Shown: one piece after another, positions 1 through 10,915 of the stretch
How the letters are laid out: each line of letters begins with the position of its first letter
Position numbering within the stretch: position 1 is the first letter of the stretch
Source of the DNA: Octopus bimaculoides
Taxonomy: Eukaryota
Direction: 5' to 3'
DNA: 64,000 bases
NCBI RefSeq assembly: GCF_001194135.2
Contig: NC_068982.1
Span: 48,684,556-48,748,555, forward strand
Position numbers and translations under genes: made by a program
The notes under the pieces: generated by a model
Told to the model about the DNA's origin: nothing
The model's database searches: none
Seen by the model: only the letters and a program-made list of their open reading frames with translations

Positions 1-73
1 TTTTTAAACCCTAAAATAGTGATTCTGATATAGCATAATAAAAAGAGCAAATGCAGTTCTCAAATAAACTACC

Positions 74-300
74 TTAACCCACTCACATTCAGATTTCTCT
101 GTCATATATAGATCTTATTCAGTCACATTGCTTTGAATTAATCATACATTTTCTTGTATTACCAAGATTTTGAAGATACGACTGTTTAATTTTAGAATGA
201 CATTGTAGGATAGGTGTGAGAGGCTAGATCTAGCTGTTTTCAACATATAACAGGTAGAATATTTGGGCTGGATATGGCTAGTTTAAATACTAAAGAGCTA
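74..300 (-). mobile_element. piggyBac-type MITE (family G), degraded
   Basis: Reverse-complement homolog of 16370-16597, whose ends are ttaa-cNcttt...aaaggg-ttaa. Confidence 0.65.
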
Positions 301-436
301 AAGCTACAATTTTGTTTTTAAATAATTACTCTGATAAAGCAAAATAAAAAAAAAGTAAACGTTAAATATTTCTCAAATAAACTCTTTTTTAAGACTGTAA
401 AGAAATATCTTTTAAGGCTGATTTTCATACTTTATC

Positions 437-650
437 CTTAATCCTTTAGCATTTCATATTGAGCCATATCGAGCCTGAATACTTTACCTGTTTTATGTTC
501 AGACCAACCAGATACACACCTACCTTACAATGTAATTCTAAAACTAAACCATTACATCATAGAAATTTCAAAGCTATGAGATAATACATGATTAATTCAA
601 AACACTGTAAATAAATAAGCATTAGATTCGATAGAGTATTATAAAATTCA
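437..650 (+). mobile_element. piggyBac-type MITE (family G), 3' end degraded
   Basis: ttaatcctttagcattt...gattaattcaaaacactgtaaataaataagcatta matches 16370-16597. Confidence 0.65.
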
Positions 651-725
651 GTGGCCTGTGTGTTTGGTCTTTCAAGCATTGTTTTTTATATTGTAGATTA
701 TTTAATGAATGCCTTATCAAACAAG

Positions 726-962
726 TTCTGTTGTGTCTGGGGATAGTCTTTTTTTTTTGTGCCTTATAATTTAACACACTCACCAGTAAAATTTCCATTT
801 ATTTCTTATTTTTATTTTCCTAAAGTAAGAAATAAATTTTACTGGTGAGTGTGTTAAATTATAAGGCACAAAAAGAAAATGATTCTCCCCAAACACAACA
901 GAATATGCTTCAACACACGAACTTACATAAAGAATCTTGCAAACCAAATCCAAAAACGAAAT
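726..962. repeat. Palindromic (fold-back) element with one-sided tail
   Basis: Perfect 41-bp inverted repeat 754-794/834-874 inside a longer imperfect one; related copy at 55801-55950. Confidence 0.75.
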
Positions 963-2960
963 TATCAAACAAGATTTATTATAAATATGTTAAACTGACA
1001 AATTCTGAGGTAAAGTCGTCATGATTTTTCATGCCATGCTCTACTATAGAGCCAATCATTATAATATAAAGTTATTTTAATAATTGACCTTGTTGAGCTC
1101 CCACCAATCCTGACCAAGAAACCTTATGATCAAAAGCATTCCAGCGGAGATCACTGACACTTCACACCACATTAAGCAACGTATCTGCATCCTTTCTTTG
1201 AGACAGTACATTGTGATGTCAGTAGTATTTGGTTGCTATTTCTAGTCAGTTGAATAACTATATGTATGCTCCCTCAATGCCTTGTTATTTTTATAGTTAA
1301 ATCTGAATTTCTCCGGTGCAAATCCCAGTTATTACCACACAGCTAATGCAATATTTTTTATTAATTACTTTCTTGTACATGAGATAATAAATTAGAGTAG
1401 TTGCATTATTAAATTTTTAAGATGTTATTATTTTCTTGTTTTTAACATTTGTCTAATGACATCGATATATTTCAGTCTGATACCTGTTGAAAATGATATG
1501 ACAAAAATCATTTAAAAATGTATGCATTCCTCATTTGCTTTTTTTCTCTTTATTCATTCCTCCTTTGTGACAAGACTACATCAAGTAATATTAACTTCAA
1601 AGAGCTTAACTAACTATAATTGCTTTCCCATGCAAAAGATACTTAAAGCTACAAAATTAGCTTGTTAAAATTGAAATATGCATTAAAATAGCATGAAATT
1701 ACTATCCTCTTGTGACATCGTGGTATTAAAGAATACGAGAAATTGGGAATGGTATGAAACAGAAAAGCCAATAACTTCTGCTTGATATGGACATTTAACA
1801 GGGGATTACATTTTACTGATAGTAAACTAACTTAACCATTATAGTCACTTTGGGACAATGTGACATATTTATAAGTGGTTGCTTTATGATTTTTGTAATT
1901 TATCTTAGTTTGATCTTATTATCTTGGGGTTACTAATTCAAAGGAAAGCTCTCCTGCATTATTTTCAACTGCCTGAAAGCATACAGCTAAATGTCTGTAG
2001 TTACTATTTTATACATGTATTTTTATTTACTACATATCTACTTCAATGGTTAATCTATAAGAGATATAATTAATGATATGTATTTACATTTACTTTTGTA
2101 TGTGCTCATATGTATATGCACAAATGTGAAATACATGCTTGAAATTGCTAGAAAAACGTGTATAAATAGGTATTTATTCAAATATTCTAATACTCTAATG
2201 TTTGCTTCAATCCAATCATTGTAAATAGATATCAAATAATAACAACAGTTATTATACAGAAAGTTTGGGAAATATCAAACGTATATAATAACATTGTCAC
2301 AAATGTTATCATAATAAAGGAATCATATAAATATACATCAATTTTTGAATAGAGATAAATAAAAATAATAGTAAAATATACAAAGATTAATATTGTTAAT
2401 TGTATATTCATGTGAGACAGCATTAATATTTGTTTCATGATTTTTATCAGCTATTAAACTTTCCATGTATAATCAAAACAGTGAGTTTGTGTTTATTTCT
2501 CCAACATCCAAAATAAACCACAGCAGTGGGAAATGTAGTAATTAGAAAAACATAATAGGAGTTAGATAACATTTTTCTCTGGTCATCAGAACATTGGGCA
2601 GAATTTCTTTGCAGTATTTGTTTTGACTGTCTAAGCTCTGAATGTTGCCAAGATCAATATTGCCTTTCATGCTTTTGGGGGTTCATCCCAAAATAACTAA
2701 GCCAGGGCAAGAGGTTGGTGGGACTGTTAGAACGTCATGTGAAACACCTTGCAGTATCTACATTGGTTCTCTGTATCTTGATGACAATGCCTGCAGTAAC
2801 ACTGGGGACAGACTGTTGTAGCTTTTCAGAAAAGGCTTTGCATAAGACAACATTAGTGGCATTGAAAGAGAGTTCTTTATGACCATCTGTTCCACAAAAA
2901 TACTTTGCTCAAGCCAGTACATATAGGTGCATATACAAGGTCAATCCATATATATATATA

Positions 2961-3300
2961 TGGTGTCATGTATAAAGCACCTGTGCTGCTGTTACATAAA
3001 AAGCACCCATGCTGGTTCCACATAAAAAGCACTCGTGCTGGTGGCACATAAAAAGCACATATGCTGGTGCTATGTCAAATGCACCCATGGTGGTGCCACG
3101 TAAAAATCACCCATGCTGGTGTCACATAAAAAGCACCCAGTATACTCTGAAAAGTTGTTGGCATCAGGAAGGGCATCCAGCTGTAGAAACCATGCCAAAA
3201 CAGACAACTGGACCCTGATGCAGCTCCCCAGCTTGCCAGATCCTGTCAAACCATCCAGACCATGCCAGCATCGAGAACAGACATTAGATGATGATGATTA
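2961..3300 (+). mobile_element. SINE/LINE-tail family D with expanded 26-bp head array
   Basis: ggcatcaggaagggcatccagctgtagaaac...catgccagcat...gatgatgat tail; at least 10 homologous copies in the window. Confidence 0.8.
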
Positions 3301-3319
3301 TGACATATCAGTATGTGTG

Positions 3320-3580
3320 ATGGTATGTAGCCTAATGGTCAAGGTGTTAAACACACATGATCATTAGATTGTAGTTTCAATACCCCAACTGATGGGGGAA
3401 TTGTGTTCTGGAGCAAAGCACTTCATTTCATGTTGCTCCAGTCCATTCAGCTGTAAACTGGTAACCCTGTGACAGAATGGCATAATCAGCAGGGTGGCAT
3501 CATTCAAAAGCTACAATTCAAAGAAGCGCATAGTGACCAATGGTGTATAACAAAATCTGATAGGGTAGTTGATACAGTGC
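3320..3580 (+). mobile_element. tRNA-head SINE (family E type)
   Basis: A-box-like tagcctaatggtcaag, then ttgtgttctggagcaaagcacttcatttcatgttgctccagtccattcagctg, a domain shared with 19150, 39598, 41930 and (5' part) 52612. Confidence 0.6.
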
Positions 3581-3582
3581 TA

Positions 3583-3616
<34 letters not shown>

Positions 3617-3797
3617 GATAGATAGATAGATAGATAGATAGTCAGAAAGACAGACTGACAAATGGATAAATAAACAGATAGAAAGACAGATAGACAGACA
3701 GACAAATAAATAGCTGGACATATAGTCAGACAGATAGATAGACAAAGAGACAGACAGATAAATAGATAGACAGATAGAATGATAAACAGATAGACAG

Positions 3798-3857
<60 letters not shown>
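3583..3857. repeat. Compound microsatellite (TATC)n/(GATA,GACA)n/(CA)n
   Basis: Directly visible. Confidence 0.95.
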
Positions 3858-3860
<3 letters not shown>

Positions 3861-4454
3861 GATCATCAGCAAAAGTATAACATTCACCATTGCTTGCTGG
3901 CAGTTTAGTTACTAATTTACTGCATTATAGGAAAATTAGTAAAAGGATTGAGTAATAACAGGAGAAAGATTAAACAATTATTTAATTGTAAATAGTCACT
4001 GAATGGTAAAGGTTAGTTTATTATTTCTAAAGTTTTAAAATATATAAAGTGAAACTCTTTGGCTGACTTATTTAATTTTGAAATGGTGAAATGACTTTTC
4101 TATGATAAACGTAAAGAAAAAATATATTACCCAATATAGAAAGGAAATGTTTCTGAGTGTTTAATATTTATCTAATAAATGTACATTTGTTCAATCAATT
4201 GTGTATGCAATAAGAGAAATTCTAGAATTAAATATCTGTTGGTGCTAATAGAATGTATTTGTAAATTCAATTACACAGTGCTAGACAGTATTTTACTCAA
4301 AGTAGGTTGCTATACAGAAATTAAATACTGAGTGAAATAGAGTACCAAAAAAACAAGTTTATTGAAAAGGATTGCAATGTTACTCTGTTTTGTTTGCTCA
4401 TTTGGAAGGAATATTTGCTATACCTCCATCAATATCAATATTAAACAAATATGA

Positions 4455-4665
4455 TAAGGCAGCAAGCTGGCTGAACTGTTTGCATGCTTGTAAGATGCTT
4501 AGTGGCATTTCATCCATCTTTACATTCTGAGTTCAAATTCCACCAAGGTTGACTGCCTTTCATCTTTTCAAGGTTGATAAAACAAGTACCAGTTGAGCAC
4601 TAGAGTCAAAGCAATAGACTTGCCATGCCTCCATAATTATTGGCCTTGCACCAAAAATTAGAAAT
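4455..4665 (+). mobile_element. SINE family B
   Basis: aaggcagcaagctggctgaa...ttctgagttcaaattccaccaaggttgac...gataaaacaagtaccagttg. Confidence 0.8.
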
Positions 4666-4671
4666 CATCAT

Positions 4672-4915
4672 CGTCATCATCATCATCACTTAATGTCCGC
4701 TTTCCATGCTGGCATGGGTTGGATGGTTTGATATGGAGCTGGCCTATTGGGAGCAGTCCAGACTCCAATTGTTTGTTGTGGCATGGTTTCTATGGCTGGA
4801 TGCCCTTCGTAATGCCTACCACTTAACAGAGTGTGCTGGGTGCTTTCTATGTGCCACTGACATGGGTACATCTATGCAGCACTGGCACAGGTGTGTTTAT
4901 GAAGCACTGGCATGA
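4672..4915 (-). mobile_element. SINE family D
   Basis: catcatcat...ttaatgtccgctttccatgctggcatgggttggatgg is the reverse complement of the family D tail. Confidence 0.8.
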
Positions 4916-5073
4916 GTGTTTTTTAGGTGGCACTATCATCTGAAAGGACAAGCTTGTATGTGTGAAAGACAGCGATTTGACTTAGCTTGATGTATCTTAT
5001 CAAGTATAGCAAATTGCCACATCACCCAGTCCCTTGTCATTTCCTCAGTGAGGCCCAGTGTCCACATCCTTAA

Positions 5074-5280
5074 AGGCAGTGAGCTGGAAGAATCATAAGC
5101 ACAACAAGCAAAATGCTTAGCAGCATTTCATTTAACCTTATGTTCTCAGTTCAAATTCTGCCGAGGTCAACTTTGGCTTTCATCTTTTCAGAGTCGATAA
5201 AAAAAATACTAGTTATGCACTGGGGTTGATCTAATCAACTTACACCATCCCCTGAGCTTTGTGCCAAAATTTGAGACTAA
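5074..5280 (+). mobile_element. SINE family B
   Basis: aaggcagtgagctggaagaatc...gttcaaattctgccgaggtcaac. Confidence 0.8.
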
Positions 5281-6314
5281 TATTACACCCTTAAGGCTCT
5301 AACATGTATTAATGCTACAGAGTATGTATGATTAGGAAGCTAGACATATATAACATGACACATACATAAACATAAGTTCTGACTAATTTATATACATAGT
5401 GGTGGGCAAACAAATATATCGATACATGCACACATAATTACTCTGAGTTCATTTCTGTACATACATAAATACACTCAAGAATTCACCAGCACATATATTA
5501 ACTTCTAACTCCAAAATAATTAATTTCAACAGTTCATACACAAACACACATTTAAGCTTTCTCAAAATTTCATACTCACTGACATATGCATACAAATGTA
5601 AACAAATATATTTTCTGATTAGCAATCATTTAGCAATTTGAGAAGTAGTTTGTCTAGAGTTCACTATTTTTACAACTGCCTTGAAGACAAAAAAAATAAA
5701 ATTTAACACAGAACAATTGCATTGAAAGTATTAGAGTATTAATGGAGGAATGATTCATCCTGTACTTTGTTGACCTCCCCTTTGACATCTGTACTCTATG
5801 GACACAGAAACTGAAATGTACCTGAGATTTGAAATAGTAAAAAAGTATAAGTGACTATAAATATGATTCACTCTAATCATGTTTCCACTCCACATCTATG
5901 AATTTAAAAACATTAAAGAACTGGTGTCAAATACACTAGAATTGCCTCTATTTATACTGACAATTATTTATTGGAATTTTATGCTGCAAAGAAAGAAAAT
6001 ATAGGAACCAATAGTCTTTGCAAATAGATGTTGCAACTTAATTGGGAGATGAAACCAAATCAATACTAGGTCTACCTAGAGCATATAGCTGCAGCCAACT
6101 CAACTATAACTTTAGTCACAATAGTAATAACGCATTAAGTAGAAATGTAGATCCTACATTTTTAGGAGGATGAGAAGGTGGATGATGACAAGGAGAGAAA
6201 GAGCAAAGAGGAGGAAATAAGGTTTTTGCAATAGTAATGTCTTTCTAAAAAGCAAACAAAAAAAAACATTTACAGTAAATAATGAAAAATAGCTTCAAAT
6301 ATGAACGTAATTTG

Positions 6315-6715
6315 TCATGAACTTGGCTCACTGAAATGTTTCTGCTCGACTCACTGTAATGTTAACTCTTTACATTCTGAGTTCAATTTTGCCTTTCATT
6401 CCTCCAAGGTTGATAAAAATAAAGTACTATATAGGTGTAAATGGAATCAGTTAACTATTTCCCCACAAACCTCAGGTCTTGTGTTATTATTAGACGTAAT
6501 TATAAGGTGGTGAGTGGCCCGAATTTCTAAAGCATTGAAAAATTCCTTTGCAATATTTGTATTAAGTCTTTACAATTTGAGTTCAAATCCTGCCAAGGTT
6601 AATTTTGCCTTTATCTTTTCAGGGTCAAGAAAATAAAATAAAACACCCATCAAGTACTGAGTTGATTGTACTGACAAACCCCTCCCTTAAAATTTGTGCC
6701 AAAATTAGAAACAAT
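6315..6715 (+). mobile_element. Two tandem degraded SINE family B copies
   Basis: ttctgagttcaa...ttgcctttcat motif at about 6375 and about 6580. Confidence 0.7.
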
Positions 6716-6749
6716 TATCATTATTTGTTAATAATATTAATAATAATAA

Positions 6750-7800
6750 AATTTTAAATTTCAACATGGACTACATATTCATATTGCTAATTTGGATAGC
6801 ACAGGGAATTCTGATTACACATTAAGCAAACATTTTTAGAATGCTTAAGTTAATTTTTGAAAATTCAAGTTTGAGATCTGAATTACAAGACAGCTCTAAA
6901 AATTTTTCTTAAACATTCAATGGAAACTCCATCACTAGTTCTGTTTCAACAGAGAATATTGTTTGTTCCCAATCTAATTTAAAATGTCTAGAAAATATTT
7001 TCATAGCCATTTTGTCATACATACCAAATGCTAGATTATGAATGGTTTAATCAAATTAAGTCAAATTATTTTCACAAACAAAAACCATTAGTGCATGAGA
7101 ACATTTTAAATTTCAAGTGTCTAAGTATAATTTTCCACAGCATGTGTCCATAGATTTATTTTGTTTATGAACACATTTGTGTTTAACTTCCAAATTGAAA
7201 ACTTTTTTGTTCTCTCTTTGCAGAGACACATTAAATTCATAAAGCTTTCCACATATGTCTGACAAATTTGTAAAGCCAATTCTGACTATAAAAATAGAAT
7301 AATTTGGCAAGGTTGAAGTTCAGTTCTGACATTATTTGGTTTTCTCTACTAGACATCTGGAAGCTCATATCTTTGATAAATCAAGATCTAACACCCTGGT
7401 ATAGATTTGCTAATAGAGTTATTTGTTGTTCAATGCATAACTTCTAATAAACTTAGTAATTTTAATTGCATCCTACATTTAGTGCACCTCAACTTTAAAA
7501 AAATTCTTTTAGATACTAACACCTTTTGATAAATTCATCTAGGTACTAATAATACCTTTCGATAGATTATGCAATGGCTGCATCTAGAAGGGTTACTGCC
7601 TGTAGATTTACCTGTAACTTGAAATCCTACATTTTCTGCTACCATATACATCATTGCTTCTGTTTGCTATAAGCAACACATGTATGTCATTGACTGTGCA
7701 AGATTTTTTTTAGCTTTTGTAATTAAGAATGAAACATCATATTTTTGAATTTTCAGAGATTTCAGCAATGTTTCAATAAAATGGAAAAATTTGCCTTGTA
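6750..7800 (-). pseudogene. Fossil hAT (Charlie/SPIN-like) transposase
   Basis: Colinear minus-strand peptides across frameshifts: GFQ..K...SHCIIYRKVL; DAIKITKFIRSYALN; LSDICGKLYEFNVSLQRENK; VFINKINLW; LELSCNSDLKLEF; EFPVLSKLA. These resemble hAT motifs HCIIH, LNELNLSLQG and EYP.LS..A. Confidence 0.75.
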
Positions 7801-7959
7801 TAGGAAACATGTCTAGTATCAAAATGTACTTTTTAATTTAAAAGCTTCATACTTTCATTCAACAAATATATACTACATATTAAAAATACTAGACAGACAG
7901 TGATATTCATGCCTAAGAGCAAAAGCAAATCCAGACTATGAAAAATATTCATTGCATTT

Positions 7960-7982
7960 CCTCTTTAGAGTGTGTGTGTGTG

Positions 7983-8021
<39 letters not shown>

Positions 8022-8995
8022 ACGCACAAGCACGCATGTACAGAAGCAAACGCACGCACGCACACACACACACGTACACAGTAACGCACATATACACAAC
8101 ATACACACACATACAAACACACACGCACAAAAACATACACATACACACACGCGCACGCACAAAATACACACACACACATACATACATACACACACACGCA
8201 CACGTACCCAACACCTACAACCCCACACAGACACACGCACGCACATCCACATACACCCACACACACGCACCCCCTTCCGCACACGCACACACAAAAGACA
8301 CATACACACACCGGCGCAAACGAACCCACATACACACACATGCAAATGAACCCACACGTAACTCCTACACATACACAACACGCACTCACACACACACCCA
8401 AGTATACATACATACATACACGCACACACATCACACACACACATACACATGCACACACACAAGACACATACACACACATGTAGAACTGAACTCAGTTACA
8501 CACATGCAAATGAACCCACACATAACTCCTACAAACACTCACACACAGGTGGACATACATGGACACACACGCAAATGAACCCACACGTAACTCACATACA
8601 CACACAACAAACAGTAACACATACACGCACACATACTACGCATACACACACACACACACGAAATAACCCACGTGCGATCCACAGAGCAAACCGCACGCAT
8701 ATACACACACACGTACACACACACATATATATACACATACACACACGCACACAAAAAAATACAGGCACACACTGCTAGGAAATCACACCCACACAGTACA
8801 GACACACACACACACACACACATACTCAAAAACTGCCTGCCTACTTTCTATTGACCATTGTCCACAACCACTCCCAAACTATTCCTTCTACTAATTCCTT
8901 CCACTACATCACACACACACACACTAACAGATAAACAGCCAAGCCACGCACACACACATGCATACGTACACACACACACACACACACATATTTAT
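7960..8995. repeat. Degenerate (CA)n/(TA)n-rich simple-repeat tract
   Basis: Visible; source of the His/Thr and Cys/Val ORFs in the track. Confidence 0.95.
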
Positions 8996-9262
8996 TTCCC
9001 TCTTGCACTCTTCTGTCTTAAAAAGAACTTTTCCTCCACCACTTCCTCTTCTGGTCCTTCCACAATGTAACCTCGTGGACATCGGTGGCGATTTTTTCTT
9101 CCTCTGTTTTTCCCTTCTTTGAACTTTCTTTGTTTCCGACGAAGAGCTCCGCTCGAAACGTCATACTCTCTCTCTTTCCTTTCCCAAACGTCTTGTAACA
9201 CAATCTGTATCACGTCCTCACGTTGTTGTCTTTTTTGTTGTTTTTTGTCTTTTTCCTTTTTT
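8990..9262 (+). mobile_element. Penelope-like element LTR fragment
   Basis: ccgacgaagagctccgctcgaaacgtc resembles the PLE LTR/hammerhead signature; homologous copy at 63825-64000 on -. Confidence 0.65.
9130..9170 (+). ncRNA. Minimal type I hammerhead ribozyme-like motif
   Basis: CCGACGA (CUGANGA variant) - A - GAGC/TCC/GCTC stem II - GAAA - CG - TC; stem I is weak. Confidence 0.5.
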
Positions 9263-9266
9263 TGAA

Positions 9267-9315
<49 letters not shown>

Positions 9316-10204
9316 CAGTTTCTTTAACTTAACACATTTTCCACTTCATGTCACTGCTTGCAAATTTTACAACAGCACTATTATCTGCTGTGTTTTTTTC
9401 TTTTTTGTAGGGGAGGAAGGGATAAATTTAACCATTATTCCACAGGGGAGAATTCTCAATTCTATGTAATAAAAGTTAACTACTATTTTGTAAATAACAA
9501 TAAAAAATTTTTTTAAACAATATTTGATGCTTGTTAGTCATAATTAATTTAAACTTATTAGTGTTTACATTGTATGATAATTTTTTTAAAAAAAGCCCTG
9601 CTTATATATTCATAGAATTAATTTTATATGATATAGAATTACTGTGGAAAATAATAAAAAATTGCATCACTGTTTATTGATTTTTACGAGTAAATTACAC
9701 ATTTGTCATAATTAAATTATCTCAACAAGTACCTGCTACTGTGACACAGTTCATTGCCGATAAATAATATATTTCCAGATTGAGAATTGAAAATTATCAC
9801 TGTAAACATACTCTATTTACAATGCAAAAAGTCCTGTTGTTGTTCTTGTTGTTTACTCTGCCCACCTCATTACTTGTGTCTTGGTGTGCTTTGGTCAATT
9901 GGCGATCTCTTGACTCTGTATGAATTTCTATTGCATAATATAATTTGTACCTTTACACACAAACATATACACATACATAGATGATGCGTTGGAGCAACTG
10001 TAACCTATTGAACTGAATATAGTAAATACTTCCTGCAGACTAACAATGAGATAAAATGCAATGTTGATGATGACTGGCAGTATTTAAACTCAATCATTAA
10101 TCAATGAAACTAATTACTGGTCAATATTTTACCATCTGTTCTACCCTTATAGATCTAATAATAATATCACAGTAAACTGTCTCAAAATAATTATTTCTAC
10201 TATA

Positions 10205-10340
10205 CTACAAAGTCTGAAATTTTGGGGAAAGGGACAGTCAATTACATCTACCCCAATGCTCAACTGGTACTTATTTCACTGCCCCACCCCCAAAAAGATG
10301 AAACGCAAAGTCAATACTGACTGAATTTGAACTTAGGGTG
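10205..10340 (-). mobile_element. SINE family B fragment
   Basis: caactggtacttattt...gaatttgaactta is the reverse complement of family B. Confidence 0.7.
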
Positions 10341-10366
10341 TTCGAAAGATGATCGAAATGCAGCTA

Positions 10367-10915
10367 AGCAGGCATGGTTGTGTAGTAAGAAACTTACTTT
10401 CCAACCACATGGCTCTGGGTTCAGTCCCACTGTGTGACACCTTGGGCAAGTGTCTTCTCTAGTAGCCTTGGGCTGACCAAAGCTTTGTAAGTGGATTTGG
10501 TTGACGGAAACTGAAAGAAGCTTGTCAGATATATATATTTGTCTTTGTCCCTCCATCACTGCTTGACAACTAGTGTTGGTGTGTTTAAATCCCTTTAACT
10601 TAGTAGTGGTTCAGCAGAAAGAGACCAGTAAAATAAGCACTAGGCTTTAAAAAGAAATAAGTATTGGGGTCAATTCAATTGACTGAAGCCCTTCAAGCAG
10701 GTGGGGATGAGGGTGGTAGGGCATCTGCCCTGGACAGCACTTTTAAAGGGGCACAATTTTTGAGTCTACTGTAGGCAATATGTATTTTTTTGTGGGGTCC
10801 AAGGATGGCAAATGGAAGAGCTGCCCCAGGTAGCACACACTACGCTAGTGCCTTTAAGGCAGTGCTCCAGCATGGTTGCAATCAAATGACTGAAACAAGT
10901 AAAAGAATAAAAGAA
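10367..10915 (+). mobile_element. tRNA-head SINE family A (with nested MITE)
   Basis: gcaggcatggttgtgtagtaagaaac...gggttcagtcccactg (A/B box-like)...gactgaaacaagtaaaagaataaaaga tail. Confidence 0.85.
10698..10850. mobile_element. hAT-like MITE nested in SINE
   Basis: 153-bp insert flanked by 8-bp near-TSD ccttcaag (10690-10697) / cctttaag (10851-10858); SINE sequence resumes afterwards. Confidence 0.65.

Noticed and set aside
2050-2438. Two hydrophobic minus-strand ORFs overlapping at ATGA, resembling an operon or NUMT
   Set aside because: No recognisable mitochondrial or bacterial protein motif; I/L/F/Y richness is expected from very AT-rich DNA.
2961-3139. CRISPR-like appearance of the 26-bp dyad array, and of 63140-63420
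   Set aside because: Eukaryotic context, no cas genes, and no unique spacers of uniform length.
7612-7666. Apparent minus-strand exon QTEAMMYMVAENVGFQVTG with AG/GT borders
   Set aside because: It lies in frame within the hAT transposase fossil, immediately before the HCII-like motif.
7952-8854. Long His/Thr- and Cys/Val-rich ORFs here and throughout the track, including ORFs running through N gaps
   Set aside because: They are translations of (CA)n/(TG)n/(TA)n microsatellites and assembly gaps.
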